A DNA stretch of 64,000 bases. Origin: Gnetum montanum (Eukaryota; Plantae; Gnetophyta). The translations under genes and the position numbers were made by a program. The notes under the pieces are model-generated. The model was not told where the DNA came from, did no database searches, and saw only the letters and a program-made list of their open reading frames with translations. Where the stretch lies: assembly GCA_015680685.1 (NCBI GenBank), contig MNCI01001451.1, forward strand, positions 112,814 to 176,813, given 5' to 3'. Of the stretch, positions 24,925 to 37,300 are shown in pieces (positions within the stretch are counted from its first letter, which is position 1; every line of letters starts with the position of its first letter).

Positions 24925-27390
24925 TGTAGATCCTATCAGGCTCCATTCTATCTTGCCATCACTATAAAACTACATGGAACTAATTCCTTTGTGAATCTCA
25001 TCCTAAAGATATGTAGGCTTGTTGGGGAGGATTTTCCTCCTTGGCTCTAACCATCGCCCTTCTCTTTAGAGCAAGGTTTAGGATTAGATGTGTTAGAATA
25101 AGAATGTGTCTTAGCTCTCTAAGGGAATTAGTATTGTGTGTATGTGCTTGTATGGATGTGCACATCTCATTGGTCTAGTTGTGTAATCATTTGCTTATGG
25201 TGTATTCGATGCATCTCTAACCTATGATTAATGGGTTGTGTGCTTCTATGATATGCTTGTAGGTGCTCTAAGCTTGGAGACATAGTTCACCTTAAGTTTC
25301 ACCTTTCTTATTGTTAGTTTTGAACTTTTTGGTAATGTTGAATGGTGTTTTAAAAAGAGTGACGCCATTACACTTGGCATTAGACTCAAAAGTTCATGGT
25401 TTAAGATTGGTGGTGGTTTATGATTTGTTACTTAAAACTTCTAAGAGATCATGGAGTACAAGAAGAAGAGCATGGGAAGTTGCCTATTTAATGAGGCTCC
25501 TACTAGCTCTAATCCTCATAATGACATGAAGGATCATGTGCATGATTAAGTCCATTATGTGACCTTTGAATGTGAGAACTTGAATGATGATGACAAGGTG
25601 CCTATTAGGGAGCATGAAGATTACTCCCTTGACAAGGTTCAAGAGCTATGGGAATAACTTTTTGAAAATAATAGTGTGAGACACATGCTAGTGGTAGAAT
25701 AGGTTAAAATGGTCCATGATCTTGTGGGCAAGCTTGATGTCTTATATCTTTGGAAGCTAAATTTAGGAGCTAAGCATAAGCTTTTCATAGCTCAAACTTT
25801 TGTGCTATGGAATTAGTTGGAATAGATGGGGGATGTCATTGGTGACATTGAGGTCTTTATAGGTGACATCTTGTAAAGGGTGGTGATCCAAGAGGCATAG
25901 GTAGAAAAGCTTAAGGTGAGGAAATAAAAACTAGAGGACTAAGTAGTTGTTCAAGCAAAGGTAATCACATTTGATTTGTGGTGATCAACCCATAAGTTCT
26001 GAATTAAAGATCCCAAGATATACAAAGGTGATTGTGATGATAAGCTCTTGAATTCCTTCATCATTGAAATGGAGTACTTTCTCGATATGAATGAATATAC
26101 AAAGGAAATGAAGGTTAGCATTGGCTCCCAATTGTTGGGAGGATTTTCTCAATTTTGGTGACTTGAAATTTTTTGAGAGATGAAGTTGGAAAAAACTTAG
26201 AGATTGATGGAGACATGGGATGACCTCAAAATTGCTTTAGTTAAAAAACTTCATTTAGCCACATCTATTGACAAAGCTTGGGAAAAGTTAAAAGAACTCT
26301 AATAAATAGAAAAGTTAAAGGATTATCTTTGAGAACACTAGAAAGTATTCTTGAAAATTCCAATGATGGATGATGAAGCTAAGTTTCACCTATTCTTTAA
26401 TGATCTACAACCTTGGGCCCATCAAGAGATCAAAACTAGTTTCTAGCTAGTTTCTCAAAATAATAAAAATCATTCAAATTAGCTTCAAAATACTAAAAAT
26501 CATTCAAATTAATAGATAGTTTCTAGTTGATTGAAAGTCCTATAAGTAAGATAATAATGGAGTTGATGCACTTGTTAATGAAAAATGGTCTAGTGGTGGA
26601 TTAGGTGTACATAGTGAAAATAATTTTGGGGATAGCTTTTGTGGTTTTCATCCTACTATTACCTCTGGTTCTTAGGCTTCTTTCCAAGGTAATGGAAAGC
26701 AACAAGCTTTCAAAGATTATGATAGATTCAAGAATAAGCATCCATGCTTTGAAGGACCCATGAATAATCTTCCTAGGTATTCTAGCATACTATGTTTCAT
26801 CTACTCTAGAAACCATGTTTCTTGAGACTACCCATAGAATCCCAATTGAAGATCAACTCGAAGGGGTCTAAATGGTAACCAATAGTTAAACACTCTCAAG
26901 TATCAACCAAAAGCTTGATTATAAGTGACTGAGATAAATGAAAGTGGGTAAGAGTTTGAGTTCCTTGGAGTGATTGAGAAGATCTCCCGAAGCTTAGCAA
27001 TAATTCGATAAAATGTACAAGGTGAACAACCAAAGCAAGAACCCATCATGCATTCAATATAGATGATTCTGGTGTAGTTCCCATCAAAGAGGCATCCAAT
27101 GGTAGTTTGTAAGTCAATTGCAAGTCTTGGATTTGGAAAGTACATTAGATATCCTATTTTTAGAGTCTAGTGTGTTTGGTTGAGGTTCTTAGTCTTCTAA
27201 GATGCATCCTTGTTTCCTATTTCACACTTTGAGGTTGTGTGCCTGATTCTAGGATTATTAGGACAATTCCAATTTTATTTGAATGTCCTATGATCCTCTC
27301 AGCATGCTTCCTTAAGTTCCAACTTTCACCTAGGATCCTTCATATAAAGTATGACTTTAGGGAAGGGGTTGTGCGTTGACTATCCTACAC
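24925..27390 (+). mobile_element. Highly degenerate Galadriel-like gypsy relic (LTR, PBS, gag; pol absent)
   Basis: Probable LTR ~24925-25372 ending ATTACA, then TGGCATTAGA (decayed iMet PBS). gag KDPKIYKGDCDDKLLNSFIIEMEYFL...LQPWA parallels the 9565-10080 gag. PPT-like AGGGAAGGGG at ~27359. Confidence 0.6.
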
Positions 27391-30300
27391 TGATGTAGGG
27401 GCATCAATATAGGCATGTTAGTACACTCCCATTAATGCACTCCATGCTTACCAAAATTTGGACCAAAATGTTGAAAGTATGTTTCAATTAGCTAAGGCTA
27501 CATTGATGGATCTCTGTTGATGCCTAGATGTTGATAAATGTCCTATGTTTTTCCACAAAAACCATAAATACTTGAGATGAGCTCTGACACATATCATAGT
27601 CTTAAATTGGAATTCATTTAGGCTTTTAGCATCTAGTTTGTATGAAGAACTCTTCCTCCCTTAAGTAAGTTGATTTGATTCCTTGTCTTGTGTGTGTTTT
27701 GAGTCATTGCTTTTAGAGGGGTGGTTAGACTCTATTAGAGTGCTGTTTTACTTATGTTGCCTAGAATCATTTGATCAATGTAGAGTCTAGTATTGCATTG
27801 TGAATAAAGCTCACGATTTTTCCTTATTTCATTGTTGGTACCTTAAACATAAAAATAACAACAAATATTTATTCAATTTTCATTTGACTGAGCTATGATG
27901 ATTCATTCCTTATTCAAGGAGGTCAAAATTGTACAACATGGTGTTGGACCATCAAGGTTGTGACTAAGAGCCATTTTTATTGCATTTCATGTGTGGTGTT
28001 GCATCTGTTCCTAAGAGGGATTTTAACACAAGAATTTCCCTTGTTCCCAAGTGGGATTGCAATGCATGTGTGTTTATTACTTGTTTCTTATAAAGATAAA
28101 ATTTATAAGAATTATAAAATATAAAATGATAAATATTTTCTCTATCTCTCATTATGGAAACATAGGTTTTATTTGTATCATATGTATTATAATATCTTTT
28201 ATATTTATTAAATACAATAATATATATGAGTGTTCCTAGCACTCCACTTAGCATCATCTTCAAAGCTTACAATCAAATTGCAGTACATTTCATATGATAT
28301 ATCCCATTAGTCCAAAACTGCTAAAACCCCTATCATTGGCATCATTTCTAGGGAAGGCATTGGTGAATTACCTTATTATACTTTTACATTTACAATTTTT
28401 CTTTTTCTTTGAGGTGTTGATATTATAGGAAATAAAGGACTAAAGTAATCATGGTTTGAATTGAGTGATGAAAATAGATAGAAGCAAAAGCCTCCATTGG
28501 TCCAAATTACTTCCAAAAACATGGTGAATGAGGTAGCACCTCCTATCATGGTAAAATTCATCAAGACAAACTAGAACAATGGCATGATGCTTATGGATAA
28601 TTTTGTAAAGAACCTAGAGAAGTTGCACCTACTGCCTTGAGGAGGTATTTTTCAATCAAGGCTTCATTGTGAATTTGGTAGATTATGAACCCATGTCATC
28701 CCAATAGTTAGAGTATGTTGATTGTGAGAAAAAAGAGCTTTGTGATATGATTGTGGAGCAAGAGTATGAGCACATACATGTTAAGAAATAGGTAGGACCT
28801 TCTCCAAGATACTTGCATTGATACAACATTAATTATTCTAGGGAAATAAGGTTTAAATATCTTTGTTTTTGGAACCTCAGTTATACATGTGATGATTTAA
28901 AGAAGTTCATCATTCCACCTTTGTATTGCCTTCATTTGAATAGAGGTGTTTATGATGGACCTACGAGGGTGTGCCATTATTTCCATGGACCTACGAGGGT
29001 CAAATTTATGAAGTAGTTTACATCTCATATGAAAGCATTGAGGAAAGAAAAATCAAAAATGTTTATATATTTGATATTCTCAGATTTAGTGGTAAGTTAT
29101 ATGATGATCCCTAGCTCTATGTTTAAACATTTCTCATTGTTTGTGAGCTGCAAAGGTTGAATAGTGAGTGGAAAAAACTTCATATTTTTCCTCACACACA
29201 TTGATTATTATAAAAGATGATATTAATCTCTTCCACCCAACTCCTTCTCTTCTTGGATAGACATGTTAAAAGATTTTAATGTCAGATTTCATTCTTATGC
29301 CATGTTACAAACCTTAGAAAGAAGATAGTAGGATGGAAGTAGGATACCAATGAATCATTGGATATGGCTATAAAACAGTATAATTACATGCTCAATCAAT
29401 GTCTAAATTATGGGTTTAGCAAATGTGACCAATTAATGCACTTGGTAGAAGGACTACGACTACAAACTCATGAAAGGATGGATATGTATATCATGGATGA
29501 TCTCTACTAACGGTTAGTGACTCAAATTACTATTGTGTTAGATGTTGTAGCTAAATTGGAAGTTGAATGATATAAACATGCAAATGTAGGGAAATCCAAC
29601 ATAAATTCCCAATTCTAGAAGGATGTAAATAATGTTAAATATAAGATTCAATTGTTTGATGCTATTGAAGCCCTTTTTCAAGAAAGCATAAAAATTAAAA
29701 AGACTTTAGCAGACCTTGCCAATGTTATTAACAAGGTTTGTAATGTGCTAAATTAAAAGATGGCTTTAGGTTTCAAGGATTTGGGAAAAAAAGTCATTGA
29801 AGCAATTGAAAAATTTAAAATAAGAAGTAAGAGGTCTTATCATGATCAAATTCCTTATACTTGTGGTACATTTTTTAAGTTACAACATCAACAAGGGATG
29901 GCTCTTGATCCTTTGGGTGCTTCCTCTACATCACAATAATCTTCCTCATGTCATTTTACTTCCTAGCATAAAACTCGGCAAGCCATGAACCATATATCTC
30001 ATGTAATACCCCACCAATATTGGTCATATCCACCATAATTATCTTCACATCTATAAGTCCAAAAATGTCTAAAATGATCTTTTGTACCATTATAAGAGGA
30101 AATTTCAAATTAGCCATGATGGAAACATGTTGAGTTCCTTAATGCAAGGTATTACCCTCATTTTTCATCATCATACAATATGGATAGTACCATAATAATC
30201 ATGTTCCATCCATGGAAAGAAATTCATCATCTAATGGACAAAAGAATGATCACAAAAGAAAGAAGAACAAAAAAGTGTACGAAGATCCATGCTTATCATC

Positions 30301-30760
30301 TTTACCATCATCGTCAAAGAAATAAAACCATGGAGGGTATGCTTCTAGATAACAAGTTTATCAAGGAGCTTATTAAGTGCTAGCCTTGAACTAAGTCATG
30401 GGGGAAGATTCCTCCACATAATGGATTTAGTGATATAGTATTATTTTTTTGTTCAGTGTATAGCTTTGTTTGTCTTTTTTGGTATGCATTTTTATTTGTT
30501 TATTCATATGGTATGTATTTTTGAATTTAACAATATATAATTCTCTACTTTTTTTATTCTTATGATTTGATATTGTTTTGAGTGTATTTTGTGTGTATAT
30601 GGAAAATTAGTTCATGTGCTTTATAAATGCTCACTTGATAAGTAAATGATGAATGTATGAGTTATAGAGGGTGATGTCTAAAACTATGAAAACAAGTTGT
30701 TGGCAATAGTAGGTATTCATAATCATGATTCTTGTTACTCTTATTCTTTCCTCAAACTCA
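27391..30760 (+). mobile_element. Athila-like gag-only derivative, 3' LTR not found
   Basis: LTR 27391-28335 (TGATGTAGGGG...CCCCTATCA); PBS TTGGCATCATTTCTAGGGA at 28336-28354; gag remnant LRFSGKLYDDP...VCELQRLNSEWKKLHIFP (~29080-29200). Motif AACTAAGTCATGG (~30389) resembles the post-pol motif of the 31777-41411 element and is followed by a T-rich UTR. Confidence 0.7.
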
Positions 30761-33383
30761 TGATGAATCATTGGCACACACTCATGTCATTTTGATGTGT
30801 CCATGCCTCAATAGCTGCATTATTAACCTTTGCAGTAATGCCTGTCTTTAGTTTGCCGATTATCCCAATTTGGTGGACCTGCATTGTTGGTGTGTTGTAT
30901 GCCTTGAGCATTGTTTCTTGATAGTTTGAGTTAAAATCTATACATTGGTCATAGCTCATGTGCTCACAACTCAACATCTCAGATCTAGTAGTGGTAGAAG
31001 CAAAAATCTACAAAACCCTAGGTAGCTATGGTTGTAGTTGCACAAGCAATGGTAGAAGCAAAAATCTGTAGCAACAGTACTTTGAGAAGCTTCTGCTGCT
31101 ATGTCTATAGTTGTAATAGCTAGGAGGATCTATACAATGGTTAGGTGGCAAGGTAGATTTATGTAGTAGTAGAGTGGATTTGCATAGTGTTGGTATGGTA
31201 GTGAAGTTGATGTATGTGGAAGTAGTGACAGATATTCATTGTTGGAGTGGTAGAATGTATCTGCATAGAGCTATGATGATAGGTAGGATAGGAGGGAAGG
31301 AATTCTTCCTTGCTATGCCATGGCTAAATTTCCTAACACTTCTCTCTAGGAAAGTACCTCCAACTCTTTCATTCTCGATTTTCTCCTTCTTGATGACATT
31401 TTTGATGTTATTTCTAAGGATTTTGCTACATGTTTCATCTTTCTTTAGATAGTAAGTTTTCTACCCCATTAAATGAGTATTAATATGAAAATAAAAAATC
31501 TCCTAGAGTCCTAGAGTATTCAAGTCTCTCATGCCCATTACTATGCTTAAAAAATTATTTTGGAAAAACTCTCTAAGGCCTCTCAATTTGAGAAGGCTCT
31601 CTTAGTCCAAATTTTTTCAACACATAATGCAACTCTCATAGCATGTGCTTAGAAATTCAACTTTAATGTAAATGATCTAGCCTATAATATATCCCTTGCT
31701 ATGTTGAGTTACAAAATATTTCCTTAATCTTTTCTTCTATAGAGAGGAACATAGTGAGTACCCTTGGTTGTATCACTGATGAGTGGTGAGGCACCCTTAT
31801 GCCCAACCATACAAATCACTAAGGCATTTATGTGCAATTTGGTCAAAGTGGACCTATAGTTCTCTAGTACACTAGTTCTTCTAGGAAGTGAAATGGGCAT
31901 TAAGAACATTTATTGTTTTCCCAACTAGACTTATGAAGCTTAGGGGTATGGTTTAAGTGTAATTGAGGTACATGATTCTTATTATTTTATGTTTTATAAA
32001 TTTGATTGCCTATGACAAGAATGAAAGGTAACATAATTTAAGATCTAATTCATCTACTGCCTAGTTAGCCTAACACAAGTAATTGCCCCACTTTCCTGGA
32101 CACATCCTAAACACATATAGTGCTGTTGGGCTACCAAATGTTGAGCATTGCTAGGTTACCAAGTACTATATGTATGCTCGAAGTGGTCATGCTTGTGTTC
32201 ATTAACAACTAGAAATTAACTGCTTAATTGAATTGTAGTAAAGTAAAGTGCATTAAAAGAAGCATTAATCTATTCTCAGTGCTATAAGGATTGTCAAAAG
32301 AGTTCATTTTTATTCTCATCACACTACTGTGCTTAGGTACATCAGTGTTTAAACAAAGAACCATACACACTTAGACTCCTTCTATGAGCACTTAGAAAAT
32401 ATTCTAACTTTGGAGAGAATAAACTATAAGATCTTTGCTATTTTTTACTAAAAACTATCAAACTCATCCAAATCAAAATCCCAAGCACTAACAGCACTAC
32501 TACATCATCCTTAGTGAAGATAGTCACACTTCTAGTCCATTCTTTACACTACAGTCACAACAAAATCATGAATGAGTATGCAATGTATAACACATAGCGA
32601 TTAAGTGCCTTGTCTCATCGGTGGTTGCACTTGGCTAGGATGTGATTGTGGTAGATTGATTCCTTAAGTAGTGTTAGTGGGAAGGCTAACAAATAGGGTA
32701 AAATAGATAAGTAGTTGATTGAATTCGAAAGAGTTTGACATAGGAAAATATTTGAAGAGGGTGTAAGAATTCACAATAATAAAAAGGAAATTTCACTAAA
32801 AAATGTTGTGAAGATGTGCACAATTGGATGTCATTGATGGAGTAAACAAAAAAGAATTTGATTGTAAGAGTGTCTAAGGGTATGAAAGATATGAAAGTGG
32901 GTTCTTCCCAAAGTAGGCACAGGCCTTTTATGCCCTTGAATAACTTCAAATCAAAGAGTCTATGGACTCCATGGATGATTAATGGCTACAAAAGGTTAAG
33001 TACAAAAACTCAAAAGAAACTAACTAAGAATTCTGACACATCAAACTAGGACATCAAACAAGAACATGAAACTAGTAGTAAGGTGAGACATGGAAAGCAT
33101 AGATGAATGAGAGAAAGAGTGGAATGGAGTTCCCAATTAAGGTCACATGAAGCCCCTTGTGGATTCTATGGTTAAATAACTTTATAGGATCCATCCTTAG
33201 TCTAGACCAAAACCAACCATGTTCAGTGACTTCACATCATCATTCTAAGGCCAGTCCATTCCCTGAGACATAAGAGTGCTCCCACAAAACAACCACCATT
33301 CCTTATTAGAGAAGAAAAGAGAAGTAGGAAGTGAGGAAGGATCTTAGTTAGAGGGGACTAGCCCATAACTAGTTCTTGTAGCC

Positions 33384-33625
33384 CATTTATTTTGTCTAAG
33401 GGGTGTGCTTTGAATTCCCATCATCATTTTCTTTTGAAATGGGAACCACATCATGCAAAGACATATGCATTTATTTTGTCTAAGGGGTGTTCCTTGAATT
33501 CCCATCATTTCATTTTTTCTTTTGAAAACCATACCATGCAAAGACATGCATTTATTTTATATAAGGCTGTGCTTTGAATTCCCATCATTGTTTTTTTGAT
33601 GATAACCACACCATGCAAAGACTTA
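33384..33625. repeat. Three-copy ~82-bp tandem repeat in the Athila 3' UTR
   Basis: CATTTATTTT...AAGG..GT..CTTTGAATTCCCATCAT...AACCA.A.CATGCAAAGAC at 33384, 33468 and 33549. Confidence 0.9.
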
Positions 33626-34309
33626 TTCAACTTCCTTTATTGGTTGACATAGAATGGTAAGAAATCCATGAAAACACACATGCACTAAGGAAAATAGAAA
33701 GGCACAAAGAATACCAAATCCCCTTGAAGTCACACCTTGTTCAAACCTTTGAATCCTTTCGAATTTCAAAAACTACCAAAGTCACAAATTTATTAAAGTT
33801 TTATTAGTGAAAAAGGGACTATACATTTCTAGAATAAGGAAAACCATAGAGTTTGTGGATGGGTGGATATTATGGACTCACTACTTGTTGCATGAGAAAG
33901 AAACCATGTCCTAATCATCTGTAATGAAATTCAAAACCTAAAACTAGACACCAACAATCAAATAACAAAATAGTACATACCACCATTAAGTAATGCATTA
34001 CTATTGTACGTGGCACTTATTAACAAAAAGTTTAGAAAGTTACACAAAAACAAAATAAAATAAAATAAAATATAAAAGAAAATGTAAAATATTCAAGAAA
34101 TAGCAAATGTACTAATGATGGTGTAAAACAAAAACTTAGAAAATATTAATAACATAAAAATAAGAAGATGTAAAATAAAGAAAATGTAAAATAAAAATTT
34201 GTAAAACAAAAAAAATGTGTAAAAAAAAATCAAAAAACTAAGAAGCCACTTATATGGTTAGCATGGGTGGCCATCTTTGCCATGACTAAGTTTAAAGTAG
34301 GAGATCCAA

Positions 34310-37300
34310 AATATGGAGTGATTGTCCATCCAATGATATGTTCATTATATTTGCTGGCTTATGCTCATGGAAAGGTTTGATTTATTGGATGTTGACCAAC
34401 CATTTCTTATTTGGGCTCTTAGGTTTGTAGATCATCATGACCCTAGAAGAAAAAGTTTCATAAATGATGTAAGGTCCTTTCCACAATGTTTGAAACTTAG
34501 TTCATTGAGGTATGTGTGTGGGGTTCCAATAAAGAACCTTATCTTCTAGTTGAAATTTGACTTTTATGATTCTAAGGTCATGACACTTTTTGTTGTAGGC
34601 CTTGTGCAACTCATTAAATGATAGGGCTACTAATCAATTTTCATCTAGTAGGTTGAGATTCATTAGTCTTTATTTTTGTGCTAGACTCAAGTTAAGGTTG
34701 AGATCATAGGCTATTGAAAGTGTATAGAGCTTAGATTGAATAGGAAGTGTTGGTAATTTTTTGTACACAAGCTCATAAGGAGAGTAGCCTATAGGAAGTT
34801 TCCATGTTGAGCGGTAGGTCCAAAGGGAATTGTTGAGTTTTGTGCTTTAGTCTTTCTTACACTTGCTAATAGTTCTTGTTAGAATCCTTGTAATTTTCTA
34901 TTGGTAACCTTAGCTTGACCATTGACTTAGGGGTGGTAGGGTGTTATGAGTTTATGTTCAACCCCAAAGCATTGCATGAGCTTTCAAACCGTAGTACCTA
35001 TAAAACGAGTTCCATTATCAGAAATTAATGCACGTGACATACCAAACCTATTTACAACATTTTATTATACAAACTGAGTAGTAGTAGAAGATGTACAATT
35101 GATGATGGCTACTACTTCTACCCATTTCATACAATAATCAACAACAACTATGATGTACACCTTTCCATTTGACATGGGCATGATGGGACCCATGAAATTA
35201 ATGCCCCATATGTCAAAATATTCTAGTGGTTGAATCTGTTGTTGAGGTCCCTTCATTCAAGTAGTCATTCCACCATCTCGTTGGCATCATTTACAAGAGT
35301 GTATGTAATGGTGACCATCTTTGAAGATTGTTGGCCAATAGTACCCTACCATCAGGATTTTAATGACCATGCATCTTCTAACATAGTTTCCTCCATAAGG
35401 ATGTTCATGAGCATCTTAGAGAATGCATAGTTGATTAGCATTAGGGATACACCAACGAACCAGGCCATTGGTACACACCTTGTAGAGGTGTCCATTAATC
35501 TCCATGAATTGTTTTACCTAGTGAAGAAACTGCTATTTCTTCTAGTGGTCCAACCCTTGTGGCATCTCTTGAGTGAGAAGATAGGTGAGAATGTTATCAT
35601 ACCATTTAGGCTTATTGATAAATTGTTCAGTTATAGCCCTAGCAAAGAGAAGTTCATTAGAAAACATATCATACAATGTATTTTCTTTGTCTTTGTCATT
35701 CCATCGTAACTGAGACAAGTGATTAGTGATCACATTTTTAGTGCCTTTTCAATCTACCATCGTAAGATCAAATTTCTGCAAGATCACTAGCCACCGTATG
35801 ACACAGGGGCTTACCATTAGCTTGTTCATCAAGAAGTAGATGACACTATGGTCCATGTGTACAAACTCCTTGTATCCAAGCACGTAATGCCTAAACTTCT
35901 CTAGAGCAAACACCACTACCATCAACTCTTTCTCTATAGTGGTGTAGTTTAGTTGTGTATCCACAATGCTTTGGCTAGCATAGTGGATGTAATATGGACA
36001 TTTCTTGTCATCTAATTATGTAAGTATGGCTCCCAAGGCATAATTTGATGTATCCATGATGATATGAAATGGTGTGGACCAATCAACTGCTTGTACGATT
36101 AGAGTCTCTACAAGTTTCTCTTTCAGCTATTGGAATGGTTTTTCACATTCTACAGTCCAAAAAAAGGAAGCATATTTATTTGTTAGCTCCACCAATGGTT
36201 TTGCAATCTTAGAGAATTTCTCTATGAATCGTTGATAATAGCCAGTATGTCCAAGGAATGATCGAACATCTTTGACAATTTCTAGTTAGTGGGTTATTCC
36301 TTGGATGATTCTTATTTTCTTAGGGTGTACCTCAATTCTTGCTTGTGATATTCTATGCCCCAATACAATGCTTTCCTAAACCATTAGGTGACTCTTTTTC
36401 CAATTGAGCCATAAGTTAGTTTCAACACATCATTTTAGCACTTGCTCAAGGTAGTCTAGGGTTGCTCAAATGTAGCTCCATAAGTGGAAAGGTCATCCAT
36501 GAAGACTTCCACACCACTATCAATTTGCTATTGAAAAATGCTCAGAACTAAGTGTTGAAATGTAGCAAGAGCATTACATAGAGCAAATGGCATCTTTCCA
36601 TATGAAAAAGTCTCCTAAGGATTTATGAATGTTCTCCTAGCCTAGTCCTCTAAGCAATTTGAATTTGTTTATAGCCACTATAACCATCTAGGAAACTACA
36701 GTAGCAATGCGTAGATATCATGTCTAGCACTTGATCAACAAATGACAACAAAAAGTGATCTTTTAATGTTGCCATATTTAGCAGTTAAAAATCAATATAA
36801 ACCCACCACTTGCCTCCTTTCTTTAGCACAATTACAAGTCGACTAACCCACTCATTATCCACAATGGGATAAATGAACCTTGCCTTGAGGAGTTGCTTGA
36901 TTTCCTCCTTGATGATCTACTTTAGTCTAGGGTTCAATCACCTCTATAGCTATCTTTTTGGCTTCATGGCCAGATTAGTGTAGATGCAATGCTGACATAT
37001 CCTAGGATCAATCCTTATGAGTTCAAGATATGACGAAGCAAAAGTTGCTGACCATTTTTCAACTACCTTCAAAAACATATTTTTCTGCTTTGTAGTAAGA
37101 TTTTTCCTTGATTATGACCAACTTCTTATTTTTTAAAAACAAATATTACGTTTTGGTTGGTAGCATTTTCAGTTCAAAGGGATCTTGCTTGAATTTTTCA
37201 AGAATTTTCAACTCTTCCCAATGAGTATCATCATTTGTATCATTAGAGAGTTGGTGATGAACTTTCTTTAGTTCATCCATGCCTATGACATGTGCACATG

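Noticed and set aside
30768-30977. DEAD-box helicase-like fragment (YNTPTMQ)
   Set aside because: No Walker A or other helicase motif; the similarity is too weak.
33384-33625. CRISPR-like repeat-spacer array (also 44203-44278 and 16602-16669)
   Set aside because: Units are diverged tandem repeats without unique spacers, inside eukaryotic retroelements.
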